A stretch of 64,000 nt of DNA. It comes from Phoronis australis (taxonomy: Eukaryota; Animalia; Phoronida). Both the position numbers and the translations under genes were made by a program. The stretch covers positions 935,294 through 999,293 of the forward strand of contig NMRA01000041.1 in the NCBI GenBank assembly GCA_002633005.1. Direction: 5' to 3'. Of this stretch, positions 48,901 through 54,779 are shown in pieces; position 1 is the first letter of the stretch; every line of letters begins with the position of its first letter. The notes under the pieces were generated by a model that saw only the letters and a program-made list of their open reading frames with translations, was not told the DNA's origin and searched no databases.

Positions 48901-51893
48901 TAAACATCTCTCAATATTTATTTTTGTCACAAAAAGAAGACAAATGAACTTGCTTATGCCCACTCAAACAATCTGCAAGGCAGATGTTTGCGAAGGGCAT
49001 TAAACTACAGCCTTTGCACAAAATAATTTCACCCTTATGACAGTGCAGAGTAATTTTACCTATAAACTGGCGTCGGGCTTTACAAGGATTCAGATAATGA
49101 AATTGGCAACTTTCATCGTTACTGGCACGGAACCATTGAAAGCTATGGGTAGAAACTCAGTATGAATGGCATTCACTGAGCTTTGGTTTGGACAGCAATT
49201 TTCAAAATGAACGAACCCAACCTGTCGCCACGGAAAAGGTTCAGCCATTACCTTGGTAACCAGGGGCACAGTGGCACGTGTAATTTCCAAACTGATCTTC
49301 ACAAGTTGATCCATTTTGGCAGAGGCCAGGTTGACAGTATGTCTTCCACTCAGTGCAGAAAGTGCCTATAAACAAATTATTGGTTAAAATAACCCAGAAT
49401 TATCAGGTCCTGTCAATGAAACACGAGTGAGCCCAGCACATTAGCATTTGGAAGAATGGATATATCAAACATGAATAAATTAATTATTGAGATTTGTAAA
49501 TAAACAGCAGCAAATCAACTTTTAAGTCTCTCGAGTTTGCTGAAGCATTGATAAGTTTACCAACCAGTTTCCAATAAAAAAAATTCTGTCATGAGACTTT
49601 TTCTTGCAAATTCTGGCGAGCTGTTGGATCGTGTTTGGCAACCAGTCTACATACACTCACAAATTTCCATTTGCAAACTCCAGATTACTATTGAGGAACG
49701 TGTGGTTCACATCTCCAGTAATATTGATTAATCACTGATAGTAAACACAGCACAGCTGGAGCACAAACACTGTCAACAGCAGATGTGAAATTGAACTTCA
49801 ACTGCAACTTATCCAACTTATGACAACTTACTCCACCTTCTTGAGGTAGGGTAACTTGTTCAAGGGTAACTTGTACCACTTCTAATGACTATGTGGCCAC
49901 AAAACTGGGGCAAGGCGGAGGTAATTATCAGATGCTGTTGCATACAGACGGGTCTTCTTTTACGCGCCCTATTCACATTAGCTATTCATTGTCATCCACA
50001 GACCAGCAACTCGTGCCTTACCCAAGTTATTGGACATGTGTGTGTGAATGCTCCACCTAATGTGGGTCAAGTTGCGCTCGTGTACTTAGTAAGTTGTTCT
50101 AGGGTAAGTCTGTGTGTGGATGGGACTACTGACAAGTCTTTCTAGAAACTTCTCTAAATTACAGCATACCAACAATGGACCAGCAGCTCAGTTGTCAAAC
50201 ACTGGGGAAATAACGATCAGAGATTTCATCTCAATATACAATCAAAAAATTGATGTCATGAAATAACACAGAAAATAACCAAATGGGAAAATGCTAAAAA
50301 AAACAATTAAATTGATATCACAAGAAACTCAAGAGAAATTCCCAGCGACAACTTAAACATTGCTTACCAGTGTAGCCCTCGTTACAACGACAAACAAACG
50401 AGTTGGCGGTACGGGCCTCGCAAGTGCCATTGTTACACACAGAATCTGAGCACACGCCTACCACTTCTTCACAAACGGACCCTGATACAGAAACCATACA
50501 AGTTGTAACATAACATTAGCATCAATTCAGGCAAGATCACCAGCACCAAATACACGATAGATACAAATAGAACATGGCATAGTAAGACGAGGTGGTTATC
50601 GTAATTGAGCACATGATTTTGGGGGCATTTTCATTGATGATGCTTTTGGAAGAAACAAATGTCAACAAGTAGCGTAAATACTCACTCACAGAAAATACTG
50701 CTGTATTATCACTTAAACTACCATTTCACCGCGAGGTAAAGATTAATGTTTTAATTTAAAAGATATCTTGGGTCAAGTTTGGTAATATGACCATTACCTT
50801 GGGACATCACGTTTTCACACAATGTTAAAAGTTGATTGCCTTAATTTAATTTTGTGACGTGTCACAAAATATCAAATCGTGAAATACAGCAAGTTATAAT
50901 TTCGTGTTTTCTGTGGTTGTACTATGGTCAGAATGGGTCTCATGGGCGTTATCAGGGCTTAAGTAATAAACACTCCATTCATAATTCCTCTTCCTTTGAA
51001 TTTACTCACGAAGAAGTCCTCAATAGAGCTATTATTGTAGTTTTAGACAGATGCTAAGTAGAAAAAGTACAGAAAGTTTAAAACTAAGTTAATCATTCTG
51101 AACTGATAGCTTCCAGTTTCAGAAGATTCAAGAAATGTCATGAACTTTTTCATGGTGAAAAGTGTTAAACTATAACGATACCTGTAAAACCATCCAGACA
51201 GTCACAGATGAAACCAAACCGGCTTGTCCCATTCAGGATGTCTGTACAGTTTCCAGCATTGAGACACGGCTCTGCGATACATGCATTGTACTCTTGGCAA
51301 TAAGGCCCACTGTATTCTGACTCACAAAGACACGTGTATGTCGATTCCAGTGGTCGAGTTACACACTTGCCAAACCCTGAACAATCCTCAACAGAAAGTC
51401 CTTCAGGAGTGCAACTCTTTGGCTTCACTGTTACATTAATGCGAAGTCCGAAAAAACAAAAGTTGTTGTCTTGAGCAAAATAATGAGAGCCGGGTGTTAA
51501 AAACTGGCTATGGACTTTAACAAAAGAACTGGTCCGTCCAGCAAACGTCGAGTCCAATACGGATTGACCGTCACGTTGAGAACAGCTGCTCCATTGGGAC
51601 TGGGTCACATTAATAGGTGAAAGGCTGTTACTAAATTGCAACGGCCCCTTGGACAAAAAGACTGCATCCCCCTCTTGAATTTCTAATGGACACAGCTGAG
51701 ATATATTACTTTGGCTACTGTCATCAATACCATAGCAACTTTTGTAAGAGGCACATACTTTATCCACCTGCCACTCGACAGTGACATTTCGTGGTACTGG
51801 ATCCCACGTCAGCCAACCACTAGACTGACATGTTGAGCTGATAGAATGTATTGTATTGCACAGAATAAGTAAGAAGAGAGCATAGCCAGACAT
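764..51893 (-). CDS. EYS: Protein eyes shut homolog (EYS/spacemaker); 41 coding exons in window, 3' end runs off the left edge
   Basis: Manual splice gives 11494 nt in one frame with GT-AG junctions. N-terminus ([38 protein letters not shown]) matches recalled human EYS (ICPLQIQLGD, GTHYF, GLRLNVTVK, CSGHGKC, CQELDAC). The last exon ([14 protein letters not shown]...LILFTGQRG) matches the recalled EYS third LamG start (FGYTSFLAY...LIFFTGQKG). Architecture: EGF array, Ser/Thr stalk, EGF/LamG modules. Confidence 0.93.
1619..1797 (-). CDS. EYS: EYS exon 40 (EGF)
   Basis: [34 protein letters not shown]...HGVNCSE. Confidence 0.88.
1889..1970. mobile_element. Short palindromic MITE-like repeat; further copies at 2165-2252 and 29545-29638
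   Basis: Self-complementary TTTGAGAACCAGTT...(AAC)TGGTTCTCAAA core seen three times. Confidence 0.6.
2318..2513 (-). CDS. EYS: EYS exon 39 (LamG2 end plus EGF)
   Basis: GLPKGV...[11 protein letters not shown]...AGQNIAEC...CQNNGSCL. Confidence 0.88.
3307..3437 (-). CDS. EYS: EYS exon 38 (LamG2)
   Basis: [18 protein letters not shown]...GPVYL. Confidence 0.85.
3893..4172 (-). CDS. EYS: EYS exon 37 (LamG2)
   Basis: [14 protein letters not shown]...[14 protein letters not shown]...LYVEGGLLK; this frame is not in the ORF track. Confidence 0.88.
4477..4626. mobile_element. PIF/Harbinger-like MITE, copy 1
   Basis: Imperfect TIRs GGCCCAGTTGCATAAAA / TTTATGCAACCCAGCC, flanked by CTG on both sides; second copy at 48091. 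Confidence 0.7.
4911..5109 (-). CDS. EYS: EYS exon 36 (linker plus EGF)
   Basis: [15 protein letters not shown]...CQNGGTC...GSLCER. Confidence 0.88.
5394..5625 (-). CDS. EYS: EYS exon 35 (LamG1 end)
   Basis: [11 protein letters not shown]...LYFGGLP...[12 protein letters not shown]...ATNG. Confidence 0.88.
6345..6412. repeat. Dispersed repeat fragment; inverted copy at 30481-30548
   Basis: ACCCAGAATTCCC.GTCATGA.GGCTGGGTGGAA...TTCATT.TCAGAGTA found in both places. Confidence 0.6.
6657..6742 (-). CDS. EYS: EYS exon 34 (LamG1)
   Basis: [28 protein letters not shown]; phase 0-2. Confidence 0.85.
7191..7399 (-). CDS. EYS: EYS exon 33 (LamG1)
   Basis: [17 protein letters not shown]...DGSIFY...LLVIDGVLK. 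Confidence 0.88.
8656..8838 (-). CDS. EYS: EYS exon 32 (linker plus EGF)
   Basis: [11 protein letters not shown]...[13 protein letters not shown]...GARCET. Confidence 0.88.
9990..11465 (-). CDS. EYS: EYS exon 31: Ser/Thr mucin-like stalk, part 2
   Basis: 1476-bp phase 1-1 exon, overlapping ORF 9940-11451. Confidence 0.85.
12323..14328 (-). CDS. EYS: EYS exon 30: last array EGF plus Ser/Thr mucin-like stalk, part 1
   Basis: 2006-bp exon within ORF 12297-14309; VDLTS repeats; donor GTATGT. Confidence 0.88.
14675..14777 (-). CDS. EYS: EYS exon 29 (EGF)
   Basis: [33 protein letters not shown]. Confidence 0.88.
15945..16069 (-). CDS. EYS: EYS exon 28 (EGF)
   Basis: [22 protein letters not shown]...CLCLP. 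Confidence 0.88.
16098..16190. repeat. 2 copies of a ~47-bp tandem duplication
   Basis: AAACAAAGGAAC.TCATTCATATTAAGTAAAAGAACATCAA occurs twice. Confidence 0.8.
16558..16663 (-). CDS. EYS: EYS exon 27 (EGF)
   Basis: [34 protein letters not shown]. Confidence 0.88.
16977..17143 (-). CDS. EYS: EYS exon 26 (EGF)
   Basis: [16 protein letters not shown]...LDGYS. Confidence 0.88.
17186..18415. repeat. Higher-order tandem repeat (~150-bp monomers, ~450-bp trimer) with CTCF-like motifs; probably a non-autonomous element
   Basis: 17616/18067, 17762/18212 and 17922/18372 recur at a 450-451 bp offset; each monomer carries a GCCAC(T/C)AG(G/A)(G/T)GGC-type motif. Confidence 0.8.
18683..18854 (-). CDS. 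EYS: EYS exon 25 (EGF)
   Basis: [15 protein letters not shown]...QPCANG; phase 1-2. Confidence 0.88.
19260..19405 (-). CDS. EYS: EYS exon 24 (EGF), downstream of the host intron
   Basis: (R)[26 protein letters not shown]...PGYT; completes the EGF left open by exon 23 in matching phase 2. Confidence 0.88.
20518..20538 (+). CDS. Nested gene coding exon 1 (MKNKRAQ)
   Basis: ATG followed by CAG|GTAAGG phase-0 donor; supplies the basic n-region of the signal peptide. Confidence 0.55.
20518..29363 (+). CDS. Nested antisense gene: 335-aa secreted, probably GPI-anchored Cys-rich protein with EB-module-like repeats
   Basis: join(20518..20538,21628..21670,25262..25417,25788..26117,26771..26905,27875..28045,28709..28795,29299..29363) gives 1008 nt in frame, with AG acceptors and GTAAG/GTAAT/GTGAG donors. 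Signal peptide [24 protein letters not shown]; repeats of the type GxxC...C...C...CxC...C; C-terminus [23 protein letters not shown]. Confidence 0.82.
21628..21670 (+). CDS. Nested gene exon 2 (signal peptide h-region)
   Basis: tttctgtttcag|[15 protein letters not shown]|gtaatt. Confidence 0.65.
22639..22713. repeat. (AGTGAAATGAT)n 11-bp tandem repeat
   Basis: About 6-7 copies read directly. Confidence 0.9.
24990..25220. mobile_element. Terminal fragment of a Tc1/mariner-pogo-like element with subterminal repeats
   Basis: Repeated TGTCCGAAA motifs ending in ...CGCGACTTTACCG-TA; CpG-rich compared with flanks. Confidence 0.45.
25262..25417 (+). CDS. Nested gene exon 3
   Basis: [35 protein letters not shown]...FKCVR|gtaagt. 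Confidence 0.82.
25788..26117 (+). CDS. Nested gene exon 4
   Basis: [34 protein letters not shown]...PTCIG|gtaagt. Confidence 0.85.
26771..26905 (+). CDS. Nested gene exon 5
   Basis: [28 protein letters not shown]...RCGP|gtaagt. Confidence 0.85.
27875..28045 (+). CDS. Nested gene exon 6
   Basis: [16 protein letters not shown]...[16 protein letters not shown]|gtaagt. Confidence 0.85.
28709..28795 (+). CDS. Nested gene exon 7
   Basis: [28 protein letters not shown]|gtgagt. Confidence 0.85.
29299..29363 (+). CDS. Nested gene terminal exon (GPI-signal-like tail)
   Basis: attttcag|[23 protein letters not shown]. Confidence 0.75.
29545..29638. mobile_element. Short palindromic MITE-like repeat (family of 1889 and 2165)
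   Basis: CACTCACA..CCTGGAATTTGAGAACCAGTT...AACTGGTTCTTAAAATGCAGGATCCCTGTAAGTG. Confidence 0.6.
29641..29985 (+). mobile_element. tRNA-derived SINE with a 39-bp tandem-repeat tail
   Basis: A-box-like start, B-box GGTTCAAGTCC; body homologous to 56924-57122; about 4 copies of TGCACACGTCTGGTACAACATGTATCAGACTGCCAGCAA. Confidence 0.65.
30949..31153 (-). CDS. EYS: EYS exon 23 (EGF), upstream of the 11.5-kb host intron
   Basis: [18 protein letters not shown]...CVDDVN; phase-2 donor GTGAGT. Confidence 0.88.
31679..31932 (-). CDS. EYS: EYS exon 22 (EGF)
   Basis: [19 protein letters not shown]...YSCGCVR; phase 2-1. Confidence 0.88.
32420..32729 (-). CDS. EYS: EYS exon 21 (3 EGF)
   Basis: [14 protein letters not shown]...DLLNDY; phase 1-2. 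Confidence 0.9.
33526..33756 (-). CDS. EYS: EYS exon 20 (2 EGF)
   Basis: [15 protein letters not shown]...CPSGFA. Confidence 0.9.
34081..34194 (-). CDS. EYS: EYS exon 19 (EGF)
   Basis: [21 protein letters not shown]...IPGYT. Confidence 0.9.
35400..35513 (-). CDS. EYS: EYS exon 18 (EGF)
   Basis: [21 protein letters not shown]...LPGFT. Confidence 0.9.
36336..36435 (-). CDS. EYS: EYS exon 17 (EGF)
   Basis: [33 protein letters not shown]; phase 0-1. Confidence 0.88.
36738..37599 (-). CDS. EYS: EYS exon 16 (7 EGF)
   Basis: [19 protein letters not shown]...FMGVYCE; within ORF 36687-37655; phase 2-0. Confidence 0.92.
38398..38614 (-). CDS. EYS: EYS exon 15 (2 EGF)
   Basis: [18 protein letters not shown]...DLINGF; phase 1-2. 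Confidence 0.9.
39012..39239 (-). CDS. EYS: EYS exon 14 (2 EGF)
   Basis: [18 protein letters not shown]...RCHCQP. Confidence 0.9.
39709..39822 (-). CDS. EYS: EYS exon 13 (EGF)
   Basis: [37 protein letters not shown]. Confidence 0.88.
39848..39920. repeat. 3 copies of a ~24-bp tandem repeat
   Basis: CACCACATTCTATGGTACAA unit. Confidence 0.85.
39920..41433 (+). repeat. ~460-bp direct duplication (39920-40381 and 40963-41433) separated by an insert and a single N
   Basis: Near-identical copies from CCTTACAGGCACCACAAGAATC to GATCATTTATCATAA. Confidence 0.85.
41637..41978 (-). CDS. EYS: EYS exon 12 (3 EGF)
   Basis: [15 protein letters not shown]...YTCQCLQ. Confidence 0.9.
42441..42558 (-). CDS. 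EYS: EYS exon 11 (EGF)
   Basis: [22 protein letters not shown]...NSALFG; phase 0-1. Confidence 0.88.
42887..43025 (-). CDS. EYS: EYS exon 10 (EGF)
   Basis: [30 protein letters not shown]...LPGYT; phase 2-0. Confidence 0.88.
43037..43290. repeat. Degenerate minisatellite, ~31-32 bp, about 8 copies
   Basis: CACATTATA.TCTGGTCAATAA.GTAGGATAT unit. Confidence 0.75.
43301..43578. mobile_element. MITE-like element with degenerate TIRs
   Basis: CTAGTGCCCT..ATAGGGACT at the left end versus AGTCCCTAT..AGGGCTTAG at the right end. Confidence 0.4.
44207..44367 (-). CDS. EYS: EYS exon 9 (EGF)
   Basis: [17 protein letters not shown]...DLVNGF; phase 0-2. Confidence 0.88.
44572..44729 (-). CDS. EYS: EYS exon 8 (EGF)
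   Basis: [15 protein letters not shown]...DVDYCQVLK; phase 1-0. Confidence 0.88.
44945..45230. repeat. Minisatellite, 7 copies of 41-43 bp
   Basis: GTACCAGGACTGGCA-type unit recurs at 44961, 45004, 45047, 45088, 45129, 45170 and 45211. Confidence 0.9.
45413..45550 (-). CDS. EYS: EYS exon 7 (EGF)
   Basis: [27 protein letters not shown]...CAEGFE. Confidence 0.9.
46099..46391. mobile_element. Non-autonomous TIR element with 5-bp target-site duplication
   Basis: 15-bp perfect TIR CAGTGTTCTCCACAA / TTGTGGAGAACACTG; AGTAT on both sides. Confidence 0.75.
46721..46754. repeat. Perfect 34-bp spacerless palindrome
   Basis: ACTGAGTATACCTTGTA|TACAAGGTATACTCAGT. Confidence 0.95.
46988..47092 (-). CDS. 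EYS: EYS exon 6 (EGF)
   Basis: [34 protein letters not shown]. Confidence 0.9.
47394..47582 (-). CDS. EYS: EYS exon 5 (EGF)
   Basis: [23 protein letters not shown]...CLPGYT. Confidence 0.9.
48091..48236. mobile_element. PIF/Harbinger-like MITE, copy 2 (inverted relative to copy 1)
   Basis: Reverse complement aligns along the full length of 4477-4626; CTG flanks. Confidence 0.7.
48541..48825 (-). CDS. EYS: EYS exon 4 (EGF)
   Basis: [21 protein letters not shown]...TNDTCING; phase 1-1. Confidence 0.9.
49252..49365 (-). CDS. EYS: EYS exon 3 (EGF)
   Basis: [37 protein letters not shown]; phase 1-1. Confidence 0.88.
49820..50075 (+). repeat. Dispersed DNA-transposon-like repeat, homologous and inverted relative to 63112-63390
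   Basis: Shared GACAACTTAC.CCAC...GAGGT.GGGTAACT, GGCGGA.GTAATTA.CAG and TGCTCCAC...GTGGG...AAGTTG; explains the similar spurious ORFs at 49885 and 63112. Confidence 0.65.
50368..50481 (-). CDS. EYS: EYS exon 2 (EGF)
   Basis: [37 protein letters not shown]; 114 bp, phase 1-1; absent from ORF track. Confidence 0.88.
51182..51893 (-). CDS. EYS: EYS coding exon 1: signal peptide, N-terminal domain, 2 EGF
   Basis: [20 protein letters not shown]...CLDGFT|G. Exon acceptor at 52049-50, donor at 51180-81. An in-frame upstream ATG lies at 51962. Confidence 0.9.
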
Positions 51894-53339
51894 TGACGCT
51901 CGCGTGAACACGTGATCAAAGCATGACGTGGCTGATTCTTCGTAACGATGATGGAATGACATAGTTGAGGAATGTTTTCATAAAAGTCACTGGAATGTAC
52001 ATGATGAGACTAAATGTCACCCGCACGACGCTCACATGCTTGTTACACCTGTAAACAATCAAAACTAAAAATTAACTACTTAGCTACCAGCATTTAAATT
52101 CAAAATTCAAAACCAAAATTGAGATGCTAGAAGACAATGTCCAAATTGGTTTAAGAAAGATTGTTTTCATGGTAGTTCTTGTTGGAGCTTACCTTTGAAA
52201 CATATTTTTGTAATTATTCACAGTTGAGTTTGGTTGAAGTTATGCGTGAGTTCAGCACTGATTCAACAGACACTGACTGAACACTTTACTACATCGTTTT
52301 TTCCAATGAACCTTTCCCAAACTCCCAATCAGAAACACCGTCCCATAAATAACCATTCACACATGCCTAAATTACACTACACTTCACTATGTCCAATAGT
52401 GTTCTTCTATGATCAATAGTGAAGTCCAGTGAGTATAACCAGAATTTCTGTTAACAAGCTAGTAACCACTGATTGTCCCATCCATAATTAAAAGGCTACC
52501 CAAGCGCTGGTTTAAGCATTTATGAACACAGCTGCTCGCTTACGATAAAAACAGCTTATGAACCTGTTAACTCTGCAAGTTACTCAAAAACTCATGCCCA
52601 CATTCATAAAACATGGCTTACCCCACAAAAGCATTACTCAAATTCATTAATAAAACACCAAACAGCTCCAACATGCTCCTGTAAACATGACCTATGAGCT
52701 CTTCACCATCTTGACCATGGCCCATCCACAGCCAGGTTTACGAGTGGATGTCAGTCTGTAAGCTTTTTGGGAGTGTTACAAGAAGTATAGGCTATCCTGG
52801 TTCACCACGTCACCTTAACTTATAATCGACGCAGTGAAAAAGTTCATAGTGACTAAAAAGTAGAGTTGGAATTGTTTGAAAAATCTGCCTTAACTCCACA
52901 GACATTGTCCGCATAGAGGGGCACCCTTAGGGCCTAAGTTACAGTTAGGGACACCTTAACTTGCTTTAAAGCAGAGACCACCAATGGCGTTGCAGACTAA
53001 GGTGTCCCTCGATGCCCAAAACAGGCAAAAGGTAGTTGTAAGGTGACTTTAGTGTTTTAATCAGTGTGAGGCGTAATTCGTTGAAAAGTTTCCGGCGAAC
53101 AAGGCTCCTATGCTATACTAGCCATAGGAACTTCACCGTCTCAAAGACGAAGGTCAGTCAAGACGGTCACTGACAAGCTGTCTAATCCAGTCAGATGAGT
53201 CAGATAATCTGAATACATTCCCACTTTATTGCAAGTGTTTAATAATATGTACAACTCACACAGATAATTTAATTTGATTAAAACCTTTCAACATTTCACT
53301 GGCTAAGAATCGCGATTTGCCACCCATCAGTCAGTCCTG

Positions 53340-53945
53340 GACAACGTTACCAGGGAAGCTTTCCATGATTTTTCAAATTGAAAAATGGCGCTCAAGCACA
53401 AATGACTTTCAACAAAAACAAACATTTTGGAGTTCCAGATGCTGTTCGTTAGAATGTGAAACAACAATTTGCAATCCGCGACATAAAACGTGTATTCTTT
53501 TCTTTTTAAAAACTCAGTATTACCTTTAAAAGCAGTATCTCCAGAAAACACACACACCGACAAAAACAAGAATTTCAGCAATGACTCACAAAAGCAAGCG
53601 CTGCGCGGGGTGAATCCAATTTCGAACAATCTCACGCAGGCTGCACAGAGGGAACGTTCTTATCACGTTTAGAAATTTAAAGTCTTTTAGTTACTGTGAA
53701 TAATATAATTCTTTGTTTATATAATTTATGATATCACACCAGATAAGATTATGGGCAACACCAACTACTAAATTTCGTATGTCGTAAATTGCAGCAACAC
53801 AAAGTGGCACGACATTTTACGGCAGTGTCTTTTCCGGTGTAAACATTCACCATCGACTGCTTTTAAAACTCCTTTTTTCGCAGATATTTTCTCTTTTGTT
53901 GCTTTTATACTTACTTGAACAATGTGTATATTAGAAAAGTAAGTC
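53340..53945. promoter_or_regulatory. Putative bidirectional promoter with non-coding first exons of EYS (-) and FBXL15 (+)
   Basis: Locally CpG-richer. YY1-type AAAATGGCG near 53381, ETS-like TTCCGG near 53832, minus-strand donor near 53350 and plus-strand donor GTAAGT at 53939. Both genes have an acceptor just upstream of their ATG. Confidence 0.5.
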
Positions 53946-54295
53946 ACCGAATGAACAGTTTTAATCTAGTATTGTGTTAATTTGTCGCAAAATAAGAGTT
54001 TTGACAACATTTGCATCATTCTAAACTGGAGTTGGTCAGTCATGAGTCATGACGTAGACATTTGTCATTAGAATAGATAGTCATAGACAGTGAACACCGT
54101 CTCTAGCCGGCTCAGTTGGCACTGTGTAGCTCCTATGCCCATGGGAGCTTCGTATGCTGGAATATTTTCCGCGAATTATACCTTACACTGACTAAAATAT
54201 CAAAGACACGTTATAAATACCTTTTGAACATAGATTCGAGGCCGTGGATGACTTTAACTCCTTCTAGTTCTAACTCTAACAAATACTCCTGTCAT

Positions 54296-54463
54296 CGAAC
54301 TTATTGTTTGAGCAGTCCCTCGCTTAGTTCCCAAAACTGATATCTGGCCATTTTTACATGGTGCTCGCCAGGGGATATAACGTCATACCACCTGCCGTGC
54401 GCAGTGATAAAAATGACCAGCTTCCGATTTTGGGAACTGAACGACTGCTCGAAGAGAAAGTTT
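54296..54463. repeat. Imperfect inverted repeat (MITE-like) in FBXL15 intron 1
   Basis: Arms of about 60 bp: GAGCAGTC..AGTTCCCAAAA..CTGGCCATTTTTA versus TAAAAATGACCAG..TTTTGGGAACT..GACTGCTC. Confidence 0.6.
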
Positions 54464-54779
54464 GTTAATGGGAATATTTTTTCAAGTTGGAAGAAATGGA
54501 GACATTGACGGCCTTCTAAGTTAATTGAAATTCTTAATTAATATGAGGTAAAAAATCCATGTGTGTCCTAAATGCTGTTGCGATTTTATTGCATTCTTTC
54601 TTTGGAAGAAATAAGACATGTCATTAAAAAGTCAATAGGAGTTACCATCATTTGATATGATACAACACTGACTTTAAATTAATAAACTAAATTGAATTAA
54701 TTGACTTTAATGGTATTCTGTCTGTTTATTGTCACTGAGCAGTTTCCTTTCATCATTTTTACAGCTGCGGGAACTGAAA

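Noticed and set aside
49885-50145. Similar short ORFs at 49885 (+) and 63112 (-) suggesting a small paralogous gene pair
   Set aside because: The similarity comes from a dispersed non-coding repeat; it extends beyond the ORFs and includes frame-breaking indels.
14160-51420. Notch, Crumbs or fibropellin assignment for the EGF exons
   Set aside because: No LNR, ankyrin, transmembrane, CUB or avidin parts are seen. The N-terminal domain, mucin stalk and LamG3 motif specifically match EYS.
51894-51962. Upstream in-frame ATG as the EYS start
   Set aside because: It adds 23 non-signal residues before a good signal peptide. ATG 51893 is preferred, though the upstream start is not excluded.
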